NCBI GenBank assembly: GCA_963724765.1
Contig: CAVRVY010000003.1
Location: forward strand, 992,001 to 1,056,000
Reading direction: 5' to 3'
Source of the DNA: an uncultured delta proteobacterium
GTDB lineage: Bacteria > Desulfobacterota > Binatia > Binatales > Binataceae
Length of the DNA: 64,000 nt
Below, piece after piece: positions 1 through 10,555 of this stretch; positions within the stretch are counted from its first letter, which is position 1; the number at the start of each line of letters is the position of its first letter. The notes below the pieces were generated by a model, which was not told the origin of the DNA, made no database searches, and saw nothing but the letters and a program-made list of their open reading frames with translations. The translations under genes were made by a program, and so were the position numbers.

Positions 1-1
1 C

Positions 2-586
2 GATATAATGCAGTTTCGCGTTTCGCACGCCGGCCCCAAGGACACGAGCGCACTTCCTGACTGTCTGCGTCCCGTGCCGCCGATACCGCAAGCCGAGGCC
101 GTCAAAACCCGCTCGCTCACCTTGATGGAACAGGACGATCTCGTCGGTAACGCGATGGTGATGCTGCTCAACGGTACTCACTGGAGCATGCCGGTTACCG
201 AGAACCCGGTGATCGATACGGTCGAAATCTGGAATCTCATCAATCTGACCGATGACGCTCATCCGATTCATCTGCACCTGGTGCGCTTCCAGATACTGGA
301 TCGACGGCGCCTGGACACCTTCGCCTATCAAAACCTGAAACAACTAAAGTTCAGGGGGCCGGCGATTGCTCCGGAGCCCAACGAAGCCGGATGGAAGGAT
401 ACCGTGCGGGCCAATCCGGGGATGGTCACGCGAATAATCGTTCGCTTTGCGGGCTACACCGGCCGTTACGTATGGCATTGTCATCTGCTCGAGCATGAGG
501 ACAACGAGATGATGCGGCCGTACGAAGTGCTTGCCCGAACCTCTGCTGAAAATTCCCTCCCAACCGAAGTCGAAAAGGCAGGATAG
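2..586 (+). CDS. Multicopper oxidase (CotA/bilirubin oxidase-like), C-terminal part; 5' end lies outside the window
   Basis: Copper-binding motifs HPIHLH and [14 protein letters not shown]; reading frame is open to the window edge. Confidence 0.9.
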   Translation, partial: DIMQFRVSHAGPKDTSALPDCLRPVPPIPQAEAVKTRSLTLMEQDDLVGNAMVMLLNGTHWSMPVTENPVIDTVEIWNLINLTDDAHPIHLHLVRFQILDRRRLDTFAYQNLKQLKFRGPAIAPEPNEAGWKDTVRANPGMVTRIIVRFAGYTGRYVWHCHLLEHEDNEMMRPYEVLARTSAENSLPTEVEKAG

Positions 587-690
587 GCGGCAGGAAAGGG
601 CCCATGGGGCCGTTGTTGCAAATCCGCTTGTGAGCCTACAAACTTTCGCCAGCGTTCGAGACTGCGGCCGATGCCGCGGACGCCGAGTCA

Positions 691-728
691 AAATCCATCA
701 GGCAAATCTATCAGATAAAATTTATCAG
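691..728 (+). promoter_or_regulatory. Three imperfect AAATYYATCAG direct repeats including a Fur-box-like palindrome (GATAAA-A-TTTATC) upstream of fumC
   Basis: Repeats at 691, 704 and 718; palindrome at 714-726, just upstream of the fumC ribosome-binding region. Confidence 0.4.
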
Positions 729-755
729 GAGGGTTCTCCGAGGAAGGTTCCCGCC

Positions 756-2159
756 ATGGCAGACAAGCAAACATTCCGCACTGAAACCGACAGCATGGGC
801 TCAATCGAGGTTTCCGCCGAGCACTACTGGGGCGCGCAAACCGAGCGCTCGCTGCATCACTTCAACATTGGATCCGACCGGATGGCGCGTTCGATGATCC
901 GCGCCTTCGGCCTGCTCAAGAAGGCCACCGCCCAGGTCAACCAGGATTTGGGCAAGCTCGCCGCCGACAAGGCCCGGCTGATCGTGCAGGCGGCCGAGGA
1001 GGTTGCCTCGGGCAAGCTCGACGCCGAGTTTCCATTGCGCGTCTGGCAGACTGGCAGCGGCACCCAGACCAACATGAACGCCAACGAGGTCATCTCGAAC
1101 CGCGCGATCGAACTGGCCGGCGGCAAGATGGGCAGCAAAAAGCCGATCCATCCCAACGACGACGTCAATATGTCGCAGTCTTCCAACGACACGTTTCCGA
1201 CCGCGATGCATATCGCGGCGGCCGAGGAGATCGTCAACCTGCTGATGCCCGCGATGCAAAAGTTGCGCGACGCGCTCCACGCCAAGGCCGAGGAGTTCGC
1301 CGATATCGTCAAAATCGGCCGCACTCACCTGATGGACGCGGTGCCGCTGACGCTCGGCCAGGAATTCTCGGGCTACGTCGCCCAGCTCGACGCCGACTTA
1401 AGGCGTATCGACGCGGTGCTGCCCGACATCTACGAACTCGCGATCGGCGGCACCGCAGTCGGCACCGGCCTGAACACCCATCCCGAGTTCGCCGATCGCA
1501 CGGCGGCGAAGATCGCCGCGCTTACCGGGCTGCCGTTCGTCACGGCGCCCAACAAGTTCGCGGCGCTGGCCGCGCACGACGCGCTGGTGATGGCCAGCGG
1601 CGCGCTGCGCACGCTCGCGTGCTCGCTGGTGAAAATCGCCAACGACATCCGCTGGATGGGCTCGGGGCCGCGCTGCGGACTGGGCGAATTGCGGCTGCCG
1701 GAGAACGAGCCGGGCTCGTCGATCATGCCGGGCAAGGTCAATCCGACCCAGTCCGAGGCGATGACGATGGTCTGTCTGCAGGTGATGGGCAACGACACCG
1801 CGATCGCGGCGGCCGGCACCCAGGGCAATTTCGAGCTCAACGTCTTCAAGCCGCTCATCATCCATAACCTGCTGCACTCGATAACCCTGCTCGCCAACTC
1901 CTGCGTCTCGTTCACCGAGTTCTGCGTGCTCGGCATCGAGCCCGACCGCGAACGTATCGCAAGTTACGTTGCCAACTCGCTGATGCTGGTCACCGCGCTC
2001 AGCCCGCATATCGGCTATGACAAAGCCGCCAAGGTCGCCAAGAAGGCGCATGAGGAGAACACCACGCTGCGCCAGGCCGCCGTCGAGCTTGGATACCTCA
2101 AGCCCGAGGAGTTCGACCGCTACGTGCAGCCGAACAAGATGCTGGCGCCGGAGGCCTGA
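756..2159 (+). CDS. fumC: Class II fumarate hydratase
   Basis: RTETDSMG start, [23 protein letters not shown] signature; ATG at 756. Confidence 0.97.
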   Translation: MADKQTFRTETDSMGSIEVSAEHYWGAQTERSLHHFNIGSDRMARSMIRAFGLLKKATAQVNQDLGKLAADKARLIVQAAEEVASGKLDAEFPLRVWQTGSGTQTNMNANEVISNRAIELAGGKMGSKKPIHPNDDVNMSQSSNDTFPTAMHIAAAEEIVNLLMPAMQKLRDALHAKAEEFADIVKIGRTHLMDAVPLTLGQEFSGYVAQLDADLRRIDAVLPDIYELAIGGTAVGTGLNTHPEFADRTAAKIAALTGLPFVTAPNKFAALAAHDALVMASGALRTLACSLVKIANDIRWMGSGPRCGLGELRLPENEPGSSIMPGKVNPTQSEAMTMVCLQVMGNDTAIAAAGTQGNFELNVFKPLIIHNLLHSITLLANSCVSFTEFCVLGIEPDRERIASYVANSLMLVTALSPHIGYDKAAKVAKKAHEENTTLRQAAVELGYLKPEEFDRYVQPNKMLAPEA

Positions 2160-2213
2160 GCGCCAAGGAATGCCAGCAACCGCAAATTCGCAATCGCATC
2201 GGAGGAATCATTG

Positions 2214-2759
2214 ATGGAAAAGCTGCCGTCCGCCTACAAGCAGGTCGGACCCAACCGCTATCGCGAAGCCTATGGGCTCTTTTACGAGGACTTCACGCCC
2301 GGCGACGTTTTCGAGCATCGCCCCGGCCGCACGCTGACCGAGACCGACAATATCTATATGACGCTGCTGGCGATGAACACGCATCCGCTGCACTTCGACT
2401 CCGCCTACGCGAACGCGACGCAGTGGAAGCGGCCACTGATGAACTCGCTGGTCACCATTTCGGTGGTCACCGGGATGAGCGTGCACAGCACCAGCCAGAA
2501 CGCGGTCGCCAACCTCGGATGGGACAAGGTGCGGCTGGTCAATCCGGTCTTCGCCGGCGACACGCTCTACGCCGAGACCGCGGTGGTTTCCAAGCGCGAG
2601 TCCGGAAGCCGCCCCAGCCAAGGGCTGGTCACCGTGCATACGATCGGGATGAAAACCGACGGACAGACCGGACAGTCGGGAATCGTGGTGATCGAATTCG
2701 ATCGCACCTTTCTGGTCTACAAGCGCGAGCATTCACCGCTCGGCAACGCCAACTACTGA
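2214..2759 (+). CDS. MaoC-family (hotdog-fold) dehydratase
   Basis: YEDFTPGDVFEHRPGRTLTETDN, NTHPLHFD, PVFAGDTL; GGAGG RBS. Confidence 0.9.
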   Translation: MEKLPSAYKQVGPNRYREAYGLFYEDFTPGDVFEHRPGRTLTETDNIYMTLLAMNTHPLHFDSAYANATQWKRPLMNSLVTISVVTGMSVHSTSQNAVANLGWDKVRLVNPVFAGDTLYAETAVVSKRESGSRPSQGLVTVHTIGMKTDGQTGQSGIVVIEFDRTFLVYKREHSPLGNANY

Positions 2760-2784
2760 GCGCAGCCTCATCAGTGAGAAGATT

Positions 2785-3882
2785 GTGATCGCGAAAAACA
2801 TGCGCGCGCGCGGCCCGCTCGTTGCGCTCGCCCTGGCGGCGATTCTGATCGCAATCGCCGCGGCCTCCGCCGTGGCGGCTCAGAATCCATTCGCCGCGTT
2901 CCCAGCGGGGCTCGATCCCAATTCGATGCTGTTGCCGCCGCCCACCGAGGGCGGCCCGGTCAAAACGACCGTCGCGCTTCACGTGCTCAACCTCTCGAGC
3001 ATCAACGAGGTCACCGAGCGTTTTCAGTTGACCGGTTATCTGCTGGCGCAATGGCGTGATTCGCGCCTCACTTATCAGCCGGCTGGTCCCAACGACAAGT
3101 ACAGGACCCTCGCGACCGATTCGGTATGGCGGCCGCGACTTGTGATAATCAACGTGGTCGAACCGCGCCAGGTTTACGAAACCTCGATGCGGGTCGAGCC
3201 GGACGGGACCGTGTCCTACGTCGAGCGCTTCGATGCCCTCGTGACCTCCACTTTCCACCTCAAGTCCTTCCCCTTCGACGCGCAGAAGCTCGAAATCATC
3301 GTCCATCCGTTCACCGACCAGCAACAGTTCGTATCCTTCGTCCCCAGCTTGTTGCCGGTATGGACCGCGACCGAGTTCAACACCTACTCCTCGCTGGAGT
3401 CGTGGCATTTCGAATCGCTCACCTACGAGCTTGGCACGGCAGGGAGTCAATTCGGCGAACATGCGGTCGCCGAAGCCAGGTTCGAGATCGCGGTCCAGCG
3501 CCGCTACGGCTTTTACCTGTGGAAAGTGTTTTTGCCACTGCTGCTGATGGTGGTCGTCTCATGGTCGGTCTTCTGGTTCGATCCGCCCGAGGTCTCGAGC
3601 CAGGTAACCATAGCGGTGACGACCATCCTCACGATCATCGCGTTTGCGCTGGCGATCTCGTTGACCCTGCCGCGGGTGCCATATCTGACTTTCGCCGACG
3701 CCTTTTTTCTGACCTGCTACATCTTTGCCTTCGTGACGATGGTCGAGCTGACCGCAGTGCATATCGCCTATCGCAGCGACCGGCGCAAGGCGGCGGCCAG
3801 GATCCGCCAAACCGCGCGCTGGCTGGTACCGGCCGCCTTCATCGCGATCAATTCGATCCTGATCCTTCATTTTTTGACGTAA
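2785..3882 (+). CDS. Prokaryotic pentameric ligand-gated ion channel (GLIC/ELIC-like)
   Basis: Signal peptide, WRP motif, Pro-loop FPFD, four TM helices (M1 with FLP, M2-M3 loop LPRVPYLT). Confidence 0.9.
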   Translation: MIAKNMRARGPLVALALAAILIAIAAASAVAAQNPFAAFPAGLDPNSMLLPPPTEGGPVKTTVALHVLNLSSINEVTERFQLTGYLLAQWRDSRLTYQPAGPNDKYRTLATDSVWRPRLVIINVVEPRQVYETSMRVEPDGTVSYVERFDALVTSTFHLKSFPFDAQKLEIIVHPFTDQQQFVSFVPSLLPVWTATEFNTYSSLESWHFESLTYELGTAGSQFGEHAVAEARFEIAVQRRYGFYLWKVFLPLLLMVVVSWSVFWFDPPEVSSQVTIAVTTILTIIAFALAISLTLPRVPYLTFADAFFLTCYIFAFVTMVELTAVHIAYRSDRRKAAARIRQTARWLVPAAFIAINSILILHFLT

Positions 3883-4188
3883 TCCTTCCTGGCACTCGCC
3901 GGGTACTCGCCTGCATTATTCGCGGGAGGAGTGATGCGCGAGTCCTCTTCGACCTCTCTATGAAGCTGATGCGTCTTGGCCGGTCGCGGGCGACGACGTA
4001 ATTTCGTCTATAGTCTGTACTATTGGGCTATATCGGCTGTTACAGTCATTTCGAAAGATCTATGGCGAAGATATTCTGTTCCAGCCATTTGAATAGATTA
4101 TACAGTGTTGCTTAACGTCATCGTTAACGTATTATGTCCTTCCGTTTCGAGACGACGATTCGGCACGGCTGCCAAGGGGGAAAATACG

Positions 4189-6021
4189 GTGAGAACGATG
4201 ATGCGGCAATACTGGGCGTTTCGGCCGGGGATTGTGTGCATGGTCGCGATTTTGGCCCTGCCAGGCTTCTCGGCCGCACAGACGCATAGCATTACTTTCG
4301 TGAATCGATGCCTTCAGCAAGTCTGGCTCGCGGAATTGGCACCATCAGGCGCCGAGGTTGATCCGACGAATTGGGCACTTGCGCCAACGTGCTCGCCTGG
4401 CACTGGAGCGCCGAAAATCTGCGCACGGGCATGCGACGCAAATACTTACACGTGCAAGTGCACTAGCGACGCTGATTGCAGGTTTGGAGCGTCTGCCAGC
4501 ACTCAGACAGCGACGTGTGATGCCGGTCACTGCGTCAATTCGACTGAATTGCCTATCCCGGAGGGTTGGTCGGGCAGGTTTTGGCCGCGTACCAAATGCT
4601 CGGGCGCATCGAGCGACTTCACTTGCAAAACCGGTCAATGCGGCGATCCCGGGAATCTCGACTGCACCACGGTGAATAAGTCGGCGAATCGCGCAACTTT
4701 GTTCGAGATAACCACTGGCGGAACCAATGGGCTTGATAACTACGACGTGAGCCTCGTCAGCGGGTACAACCTTCCAATTAAGGTGATGCCAATCCTGCCA
4801 AGCGATGCGCCAAAATGGCAGAAGGACACTTCTTTTGCCGACCAGGCGCTGATTACTCAGACCATTAATACGAATAGCTTTCTCTTTAATAACATAGGCT
4901 CGGCCGGAACGAGCGGGAATACCAAACCTAAATTTCCCGCTAGGCGGTTTGCCACGGTCGCCGACGGTCCTTCTTTAATCTGGAACAATAATGGGCCGTC
5001 ATGCGAAACCGCGGGGTGCACCTCCGATCTTCGTGCCACCTGTCCCAAGACACTGCGGGTCAAGTCAGGTGCAGCGACGATTGCCTGCGATAGTCCGGCG
5101 GACGTATGCCCTGATGGCGGTTCAGCAAGCTGTAGTACGAATGCAATGTACTACGCATGCACCAATTACTTGGGTACACAGGACCTGTTCGGCAACAGCC
5201 TGACTCTTCAGTCTCCCAACGGCGATTCACCGGTCTGCTTTTCCCCAAAAGATTGTCAGCCCGGCACGACTTGCCTGCTGAATCCTACGTTCGTGAAGGC
5301 GCTCAATCCTCCTCTGCCAACCGGCGCCGGTGTTTGTACGCCGGTGATACAAAACGGCGGCTGCACACCGGGCAACGAGGGTAGCCCATGCGCCGCATTT
5401 CCATTTGTCGATTACACGTGCAACACGATTCAGCTTTCCCCAACCTCCCAAACCGCCGTGTGCCTGCCGCCAACCACTTCCGGCGCAGGCGACGTGGTCT
5501 GGAACGCGAACGTCTGGAGCGCAACTGCGACGAGCTGCACCGCGGGCGGCGGCCAGTGCACGGGTGCTCAGCAGCAGTGCCTCGATAGCAATATCGTCGG
5601 CAACGGACAGAAGGAGTGCTCGGCCTCGAGCGCAAGCTGCTTTTGTTACAATCCTAATCAATGTTCGGCAAGCCGCGGAACAAACGACGGATGCTCGCAG
5701 CCAGACACGTGCTTGAATAGCGATGGCGTTGCTGATGGTAAGTCCGACAACGGCACCACTGTCGACTGCAGCTCGACGACCTGCTATTGCGCGCCGCAGG
5801 CAATTTATCCAGGTACGTGCGGCCCCACGAACGCAGGGTGGCTCACGGCGGCGAGCTATCCCGGGGTAGGCACAGCCGGAGTGGGTTTCGAGAAATTTTT
5901 TAAATTCGCCTGCCCGACTGCATATGCCTACCAGTTCGACGACGCGTCGAGCGATTGGACCTGCAACAATACGGCTGACGATCTCGTGAACTACAAGGTT
6001 ATATTCTGTCCCGCATTGTAA
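4189..6021 (+). CDS. Secreted Cys-rich thaumatin-like (PR-5) protein with large insertions
   Basis: ITFVNRC, WSGRFWPRTKC, ATLFEIT, DNYDVSLVSGYNLP, FFKFACPTAYAYQFDD, YKVIFCP; signal peptide; GTG start inferred from upstream AAGGGGG. Confidence 0.85.
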   Translation: MRTMMRQYWAFRPGIVCMVAILALPGFSAAQTHSITFVNRCLQQVWLAELAPSGAEVDPTNWALAPTCSPGTGAPKICARACDANTYTCKCTSDADCRFGASASTQTATCDAGHCVNSTELPIPEGWSGRFWPRTKCSGASSDFTCKTGQCGDPGNLDCTTVNKSANRATLFEITTGGTNGLDNYDVSLVSGYNLPIKVMPILPSDAPKWQKDTSFADQALITQTINTNSFLFNNIGSAGTSGNTKPKFPARRFATVADGPSLIWNNNGPSCETAGCTSDLRATCPKTLRVKSGAATIACDSPADVCPDGGSASCSTNAMYYACTNYLGTQDLFGNSLTLQSPNGDSPVCFSPKDCQPGTTCLLNPTFVKALNPPLPTGAGVCTPVIQNGGCTPGNEGSPCAAFPFVDYTCNTIQLSPTSQTAVCLPPTTSGAGDVVWNANVWSATATSCTAGGGQCTGAQQQCLDSNIVGNGQKECSASSASCFCYNPNQCSASRGTNDGCSQPDTCLNSDGVADGKSDNGTTVDCSSTTCYCAPQAIYPGTCGPTNAGWLTAASYPGVGTAGVGFEKFFKFACPTAYAYQFDDASSDWTCNNTADDLVNYKVIFCPAL

Positions 6022-6056
6022 GCTCCTTGCGGGGAACGATCATCAAATGGCTCCGC

Positions 6057-6088
6057 GCCCTCTCCCGCAAATAAATGCGGGAGAGGGC
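6057..6088. repeat. 13-bp-stem hairpin (GCCCTCTCCCGCA/TGCGGGAGAGGGC), REP-like or terminator, between convergent genes
   Basis: Perfect inverted repeat with a 6-nt loop. Confidence 0.7.
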
Positions 6089-6302
6089 ATAAGACCGGTG
6101 TTCTGGGCCCAGCGGTCATAATGGAAATGCGGGCTCAAACCCCAAACGAGGCATCTCGACGGCATGGAGCGATCCTTTCCTTATCGCCCCTATTGCCCTT
6201 ATTGCCGGCGGCCGCTTTTGAATTTTAACTACCTGTACTCGGGTCAATGCGGCCAGGTCGGCTTCGAACCGCTGAATTGAGCGGTCGTTGGTATAACCAC
6301 TT

Positions 6303-7919
6303 TCACATCCTGAACACGCCGAAACCCGTCGCCGGCGGGATGCCCGCGTTGAGCGAGGCCGCGATCCCGAGCGCCAGCATCGCGCGCGTCTCCAGCGGAT
6401 CGATTACGCCGTCGTCCCAAAGGCGCGCGCTCGAGAAATAGCAACTCGATTCGTACTCGTACTTCGCCAGCGTCGGGCGCACGAACTCGGCCTGCTCCGC
6501 GGCCGTCATCGTCTGGCCCTGCGCCTTCAACTGTTCGAGTTTGACCGTTAGCAGCGTGTTGGCCGCCTGCTCCCCGCCCATCACCGAAATACGCGCGTTG
6601 GGCCACATGAAGAGCATCCGCGGCGAGTATGCCCGCCCGCACATCCCGTAGTTGCCCGCTCCGTTGGACGCGCCGATTATCACGGTGAACTTCGGCACCT
6701 GCGCGTTGGCCACCGCGTTGACCATCTTGGCCCCGTCCTTGGCGATTCCGCCTTGCTCGTAGCGCTTGCCGACCATGAAGCCGGTGATGTTCTGCAGGAA
6801 GAGCAGCGGGATGCGGCGCGCGCAGCAGAGCGCGATGAAGTGCGTCGCCTTGAGCGCCGATTCGCTGAACAGTACGCCATTGTTGGCGATAATTCCGACC
6901 GGGTAGCCGTAGACGCGCGCGAAGCCGGTCACCAGCGTGGCCCCGTAGCGCGGCTTGAACTCGTGCATCCGGCTGCCGTCGACCAGGCGCGCGATTAGTT
7001 CGCGCACCTCGTAGGGGCGCCGCGTGTCGCCCGAGACCACGCCGTAGATCTCGCGCGGGTCGTAATAAGGATCCTCAGGCTCCGCCTGCTGCAGCGCGTA
7101 TTCGAGGCCGGTGCGAGGGCCGAGGCTCTCGAAAATCGAGCGCGCGATCGCGAGGGCATGCTCGTCGTCGTCGGCCAGATGATCGCTCACGCCGCTCAGC
7201 CGCGTATGGACGTCGCCGCCGCCCAGTTCTTCGGCGGTGACTTCCTCGCCGGTGGCTGCGCGCACCAGCGGCGGCCCAGCGAGGAAAATCGTGCCCTCCT
7301 CGCGCACGATGATATTCTCGTCGCACATCGCCGGCACGTAGGCGCCGCCCGCCGTGCACGACCCCATCACCGCCGCGACCTGCGGGATTCCCGCGGCCGA
7401 CATCCGCGCCATGTTGTAGAAGATGCGCCCGAAGTGCTCGCGGTCGGGGAAGACCTCCGATTGCAGCGGCAGGAACGCGCCGCCCGAGTCGACCAGGTAC
7501 ACGCACGGGAGATGGTTCTGCAGCGCGATCTCCTGCGCGCGCAGATGCTTCTTGACCGTCATCGGATAGTAGGTGCCGCCCTTGACGGTCGCGTCGTTGG
7601 CCACCACCACGACCTCGCGGCCCTGCAGGCGCCCCACGCCCGTGACAATCCCGGCGCCCGGCGCCTCGTCGTCGTACATTCCCCACGCCGCCAGCGGCGA
7701 GAGTTCCATGAACGCGCTCTGCGGATCGAGCAGCTTCCTTATCCGGTCGCGCACCAGCAGCTTGCCGCGCTCCAGGTGGCGGCGGCGCGATTGCTCGGGG
7801 CCGCCCTGGCGCACGCGCTCGACCGCCTCGCGCAATTGTTTGACCGCCGCCTCCATCAGCGCGAAATTCTGCCGGTACTCCGGACTTGAGGTGTTGATGC
7901 GGCTCTCGATTCGTTCCAT
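6303..7919 (-). CDS. Acyl-CoA carboxylase carboxyltransferase subunit (methylcrotonyl-CoA carboxylase beta-like)
   Basis: [43 protein letters not shown]. Confidence 0.93.
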   Translation of the reverse strand: MERIESRINTSSPEYRQNFALMEAAVKQLREAVERVRQGGPEQSRRRHLERGKLLVRDRIRKLLDPQSAFMELSPLAAWGMYDDEAPGAGIVTGVGRLQGREVVVVANDATVKGGTYYPMTVKKHLRAQEIALQNHLPCVYLVDSGGAFLPLQSEVFPDREHFGRIFYNMARMSAAGIPQVAAVMGSCTAGGAYVPAMCDENIIVREEGTIFLAGPPLVRAATGEEVTAEELGGGDVHTRLSGVSDHLADDDEHALAIARSIFESLGPRTGLEYALQQAEPEDPYYDPREIYGVVSGDTRRPYEVRELIARLVDGSRMHEFKPRYGATLVTGFARVYGYPVGIIANNGVLFSESALKATHFIALCCARRIPLLFLQNITGFMVGKRYEQGGIAKDGAKMVNAVANAQVPKFTVIIGASNGAGNYGMCGRAYSPRMLFMWPNARISVMGGEQAANTLLTVKLEQLKAQGQTMTAAEQAEFVRPTLAKYEYESSCYFSSARLWDDGVIDPLETRAMLALGIAASLNAGIPPATGFGVFRM

Positions 7920-8044
7920 CGGCGTCCTCTCAGTTCGATCCTCTCGCGGCCCGGGCCTGATGCCTGCTGGGTCTACTTGGGCTAGATATTAGCTTGACCA
8001 AACGGGGGACCGCGAAGCGGTTCGAGGGGTGTTAGACAGCGCCG

Positions 8045-10396
8045 ATGCGTGACCGCGACCTGCGAGTGCTCGAGTTCCACAAGGTGATCGGATTGGTGGC
8101 CGCGCTAGCGACTTCCGAGCCCGGCCGCCGCGCCGTGGAAATGCTGAGGCCCTCGGGCGACCCCGCCGCGGTCGCCGTGCGGCTTCGCGTGACGGCCGAG
8201 ATGGTGTCGCTGCGCGCGCACGCCGGCGCTCTTCCGCTGCAGGAGTTCGCCGACCAGCGCGAAATCCTGCTCGCCGCCGCGCGCGAGGGCGCCGTGCTCG
8301 ACGGCGTCTCGCTGCTCAAGGTGCGCGACTTCGTGCTCGCGGCGCGCCACGTCGCGGCCTTCATGCGCTCGCGCGTGGAGCCCTATCCGCATCTCGCGGC
8401 GGCGGCGCAGAACCTGGCCGCGCCCAAGGAGTTGGCCGACGCGCTGCTCGGCGCGCTGGCCGAGGACGGCGGCCTGCTCGACGAGGCGAGTCCACAACTT
8501 TTGCGCCTGCGCAATCGGCTCCGCGCCGAGCGGGTCGAGCTCGAGGCGCGTCTGGCGCGCTCGCTCAACGCGTCGGGGATGGAGCCGTTCGTCTCCGATC
8601 ACCTGGTCACCGTACGCAATCATCGCTTCGTCCTGCCGCTCAAGCTTAACTACGCCGAGCGGCTGGAGGGAATCGTGCAGGACCGCTCGGTCTCGGGCGA
8701 GACGCTGTTCGTCGAACCGATGTGGGCGGTCGAGCTCGACAACCGCCTGATGATGCTCGAGCGCGAGGTCGAGGCCGAGGAGCGGCGCATCCTGGCGCAT
8801 CTGACCGCGATGATCCGCGGTTACGGCGCCGAACTGCGGCTGACGTTCGAGGCGATGGTCGCGCTCGACGCGCTTAATGCGCGCGCGATTTTCGCCGAGC
8901 GCCTGCGCTGCGTCGAACCGGTGCTCGGCGAATTCGAAGCGAGCGGCCTCGAACTCGTCGAGGCGCGCCATCCGCTGCTGATTGCCGGCGGGCGCGACGT
9001 CGTCCCGATCGATGTTCGGATCGCCGCCGGCCTACACGGCATCGTGATCTCCGGCCCCAACACGGGCGGCAAAACCGTCGCGCTCAAGACCATCGGGCTG
9101 CTCGCCCTGATGGCGCAAACCGGCCTGCTCATCCCGGCGCGCGAGGGCAGCCGCATCATCGTCTTTCGCTCCATCTTCGCCGATATCGGCGACGAACAAT
9201 CGATCGAGGCGAGTCTCTCCAGCTTCGCCGCGCATATCGCCAACCTGAGCGCGATGGCCGCCGCGCTCCAGGAGCCGGCGCTAGTCATTCTTGACGAGCC
9301 CGGCGAAGGCACCGACCCGGTCGAGGGCGCCGCGCTCGCGATTGGCTTGATGACTTACCTGGGGCGGCGGCGATGCCTGGTCGCGATTGCGACTCACTCC
9401 GCCGCGATCAAGCTTCATGCTTACTCGCGCGCGGGCTTCGAGGCCTCCGCCGTCGATTTCGACGCCGAGAACCTCCAGCCGCTCTATCGCCTCAAGCCCC
9501 ACACGATTGGCCAGAGCTACGGCCTCGCCGTGGCCGAGCGCCTGGGCCTGCCGGTTGAAATTGTGAGCGCCGCGCGCGAGGCGATGCCGGCCGGTGCGGC
9601 CGAAGTGGAGCGCGTGCTTAGTCTGCTCGAGGCCGAGCGCGAGGAGGTTCGCGTCGAAGCCGAACGCCTGCGTACCGAGCAGCAGCGCGCCGTCGAACTC
9701 GTGGCCGAGGCGCAGGAAGCGGCGCGCCGCGGGCGCGCGCGTATCGAGACCGAGCGCGAACGCGTCGTGGCCGAGGGCAAATCGCTAATCGCGGAACTGC
9801 GGCGCGAAAGCGCGACGCTCGCCGACGAAGTAAGGGCGGGGCGCAAGGCGCAGCGGGAGCTTGGCTCGATGCTCGGGCGGGCGGCGGAGCGGGTCGGGCA
9901 GATGGCGCCGAGCGCCGCCGAAGGCGCTGGCGAAGGCGGCGCGGCGCGTGAACCGCTCAAGGTTGGCGACCGCGTCGAGTTCGGCGATATCCAGGGCGAG
10001 CTTATCGCGTTGGACTCGGGACGCGCCGTCGTGAGCCGCGGCGGACTGCGCATCGAGGTCGCACCGGAAAGACTGCGCCGCGCGCAGAGCCGAAGTGCGG
10101 AGCGCGGCGCGCCCAAGGTCACGGTCAGCGCCGGGCCGGGTCCCGACGGCGGAGACAGCGAGCTTAATCTGATCGGGATGCGCACCGCAGACGCGCTCCG
10201 GCGGCTGGAGGAGTTCCTCGACCAAGCCTACCTGACCAACCGCGCCGAGGTGCGAATCGTGCATGGGATCGGCTCGGGCGCGCTCAAGAAGGCAGTCCAC
10301 GAATATCTGAGCGACTCGCCCTACTGCGCGGGCTTCCATCAGGCCGACCCGCATCGCGGCGGCGCCGGCGCCACAGTGGTCCAGCTCAATCTGTAA
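8045..10396 (+). CDS. mutS2: MutS2 with C-terminal Smr domain
   Basis: P-loop GPNTGGKT, DIGDEQSI, LDE, coiled coil, Smr IVHGIGSGAL...GGAGAT. Confidence 0.95.
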   Translation: MRDRDLRVLEFHKVIGLVAALATSEPGRRAVEMLRPSGDPAAVAVRLRVTAEMVSLRAHAGALPLQEFADQREILLAAAREGAVLDGVSLLKVRDFVLAARHVAAFMRSRVEPYPHLAAAAQNLAAPKELADALLGALAEDGGLLDEASPQLLRLRNRLRAERVELEARLARSLNASGMEPFVSDHLVTVRNHRFVLPLKLNYAERLEGIVQDRSVSGETLFVEPMWAVELDNRLMMLEREVEAEERRILAHLTAMIRGYGAELRLTFEAMVALDALNARAIFAERLRCVEPVLGEFEASGLELVEARHPLLIAGGRDVVPIDVRIAAGLHGIVISGPNTGGKTVALKTIGLLALMAQTGLLIPAREGSRIIVFRSIFADIGDEQSIEASLSSFAAHIANLSAMAAALQEPALVILDEPGEGTDPVEGAALAIGLMTYLGRRRCLVAIATHSAAIKLHAYSRAGFEASAVDFDAENLQPLYRLKPHTIGQSYGLAVAERLGLPVEIVSAAREAMPAGAAEVERVLSLLEAEREEVRVEAERLRTEQQRAVELVAEAQEAARRGRARIETERERVVAEGKSLIAELRRESATLADEVRAGRKAQRELGSMLGRAAERVGQMAPSAAEGAGEGGAAREPLKVGDRVEFGDIQGELIALDSGRAVVSRGGLRIEVAPERLRRAQSRSAERGAPKVTVSAGPGPDGGDSELNLIGMRTADALRRLEEFLDQAYLTNRAEVRIVHGIGSGALKKAVHEYLSDSPYCAGFHQADPHRGGAGATVVQLNL

Positions 10397-10531
10397 CCCG
10401 GCTGTTACTCGGCCGCGCATCTCTTACCCTCTAAAAACGCGCCGATTGGTTCCCGGCTTTCTGCCGTCCTCCACAAACGTCGTGTACTCGATTGGCGAAA
10501 GCGTGCGGGCTCGCAAAAACTTAAAAAAAGG

Positions 10532-10547
10532 AGTACAGCTCTGTACT
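10532..10547. promoter_or_regulatory. Perfect inverted repeat AGTACAG-CT-CTGTACT, putative operator of the cassette's HTH regulator
   Basis: Ends 8 nt before ATG 10556, following an A-rich tract. Confidence 0.55.
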
Positions 10548-10555
10548 AGATCTTT

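Noticed and set aside
531-755. 75-aa N-terminal extension of FumC in the ORF track
   Set aside because: Overlaps the upstream gene and the regulatory repeats; homology starts at ATG 756.
6240-6300. tRNA-like TTCGAACC fragment
   Set aside because: No cloverleaf, acceptor stem or anticodon arm could be built.
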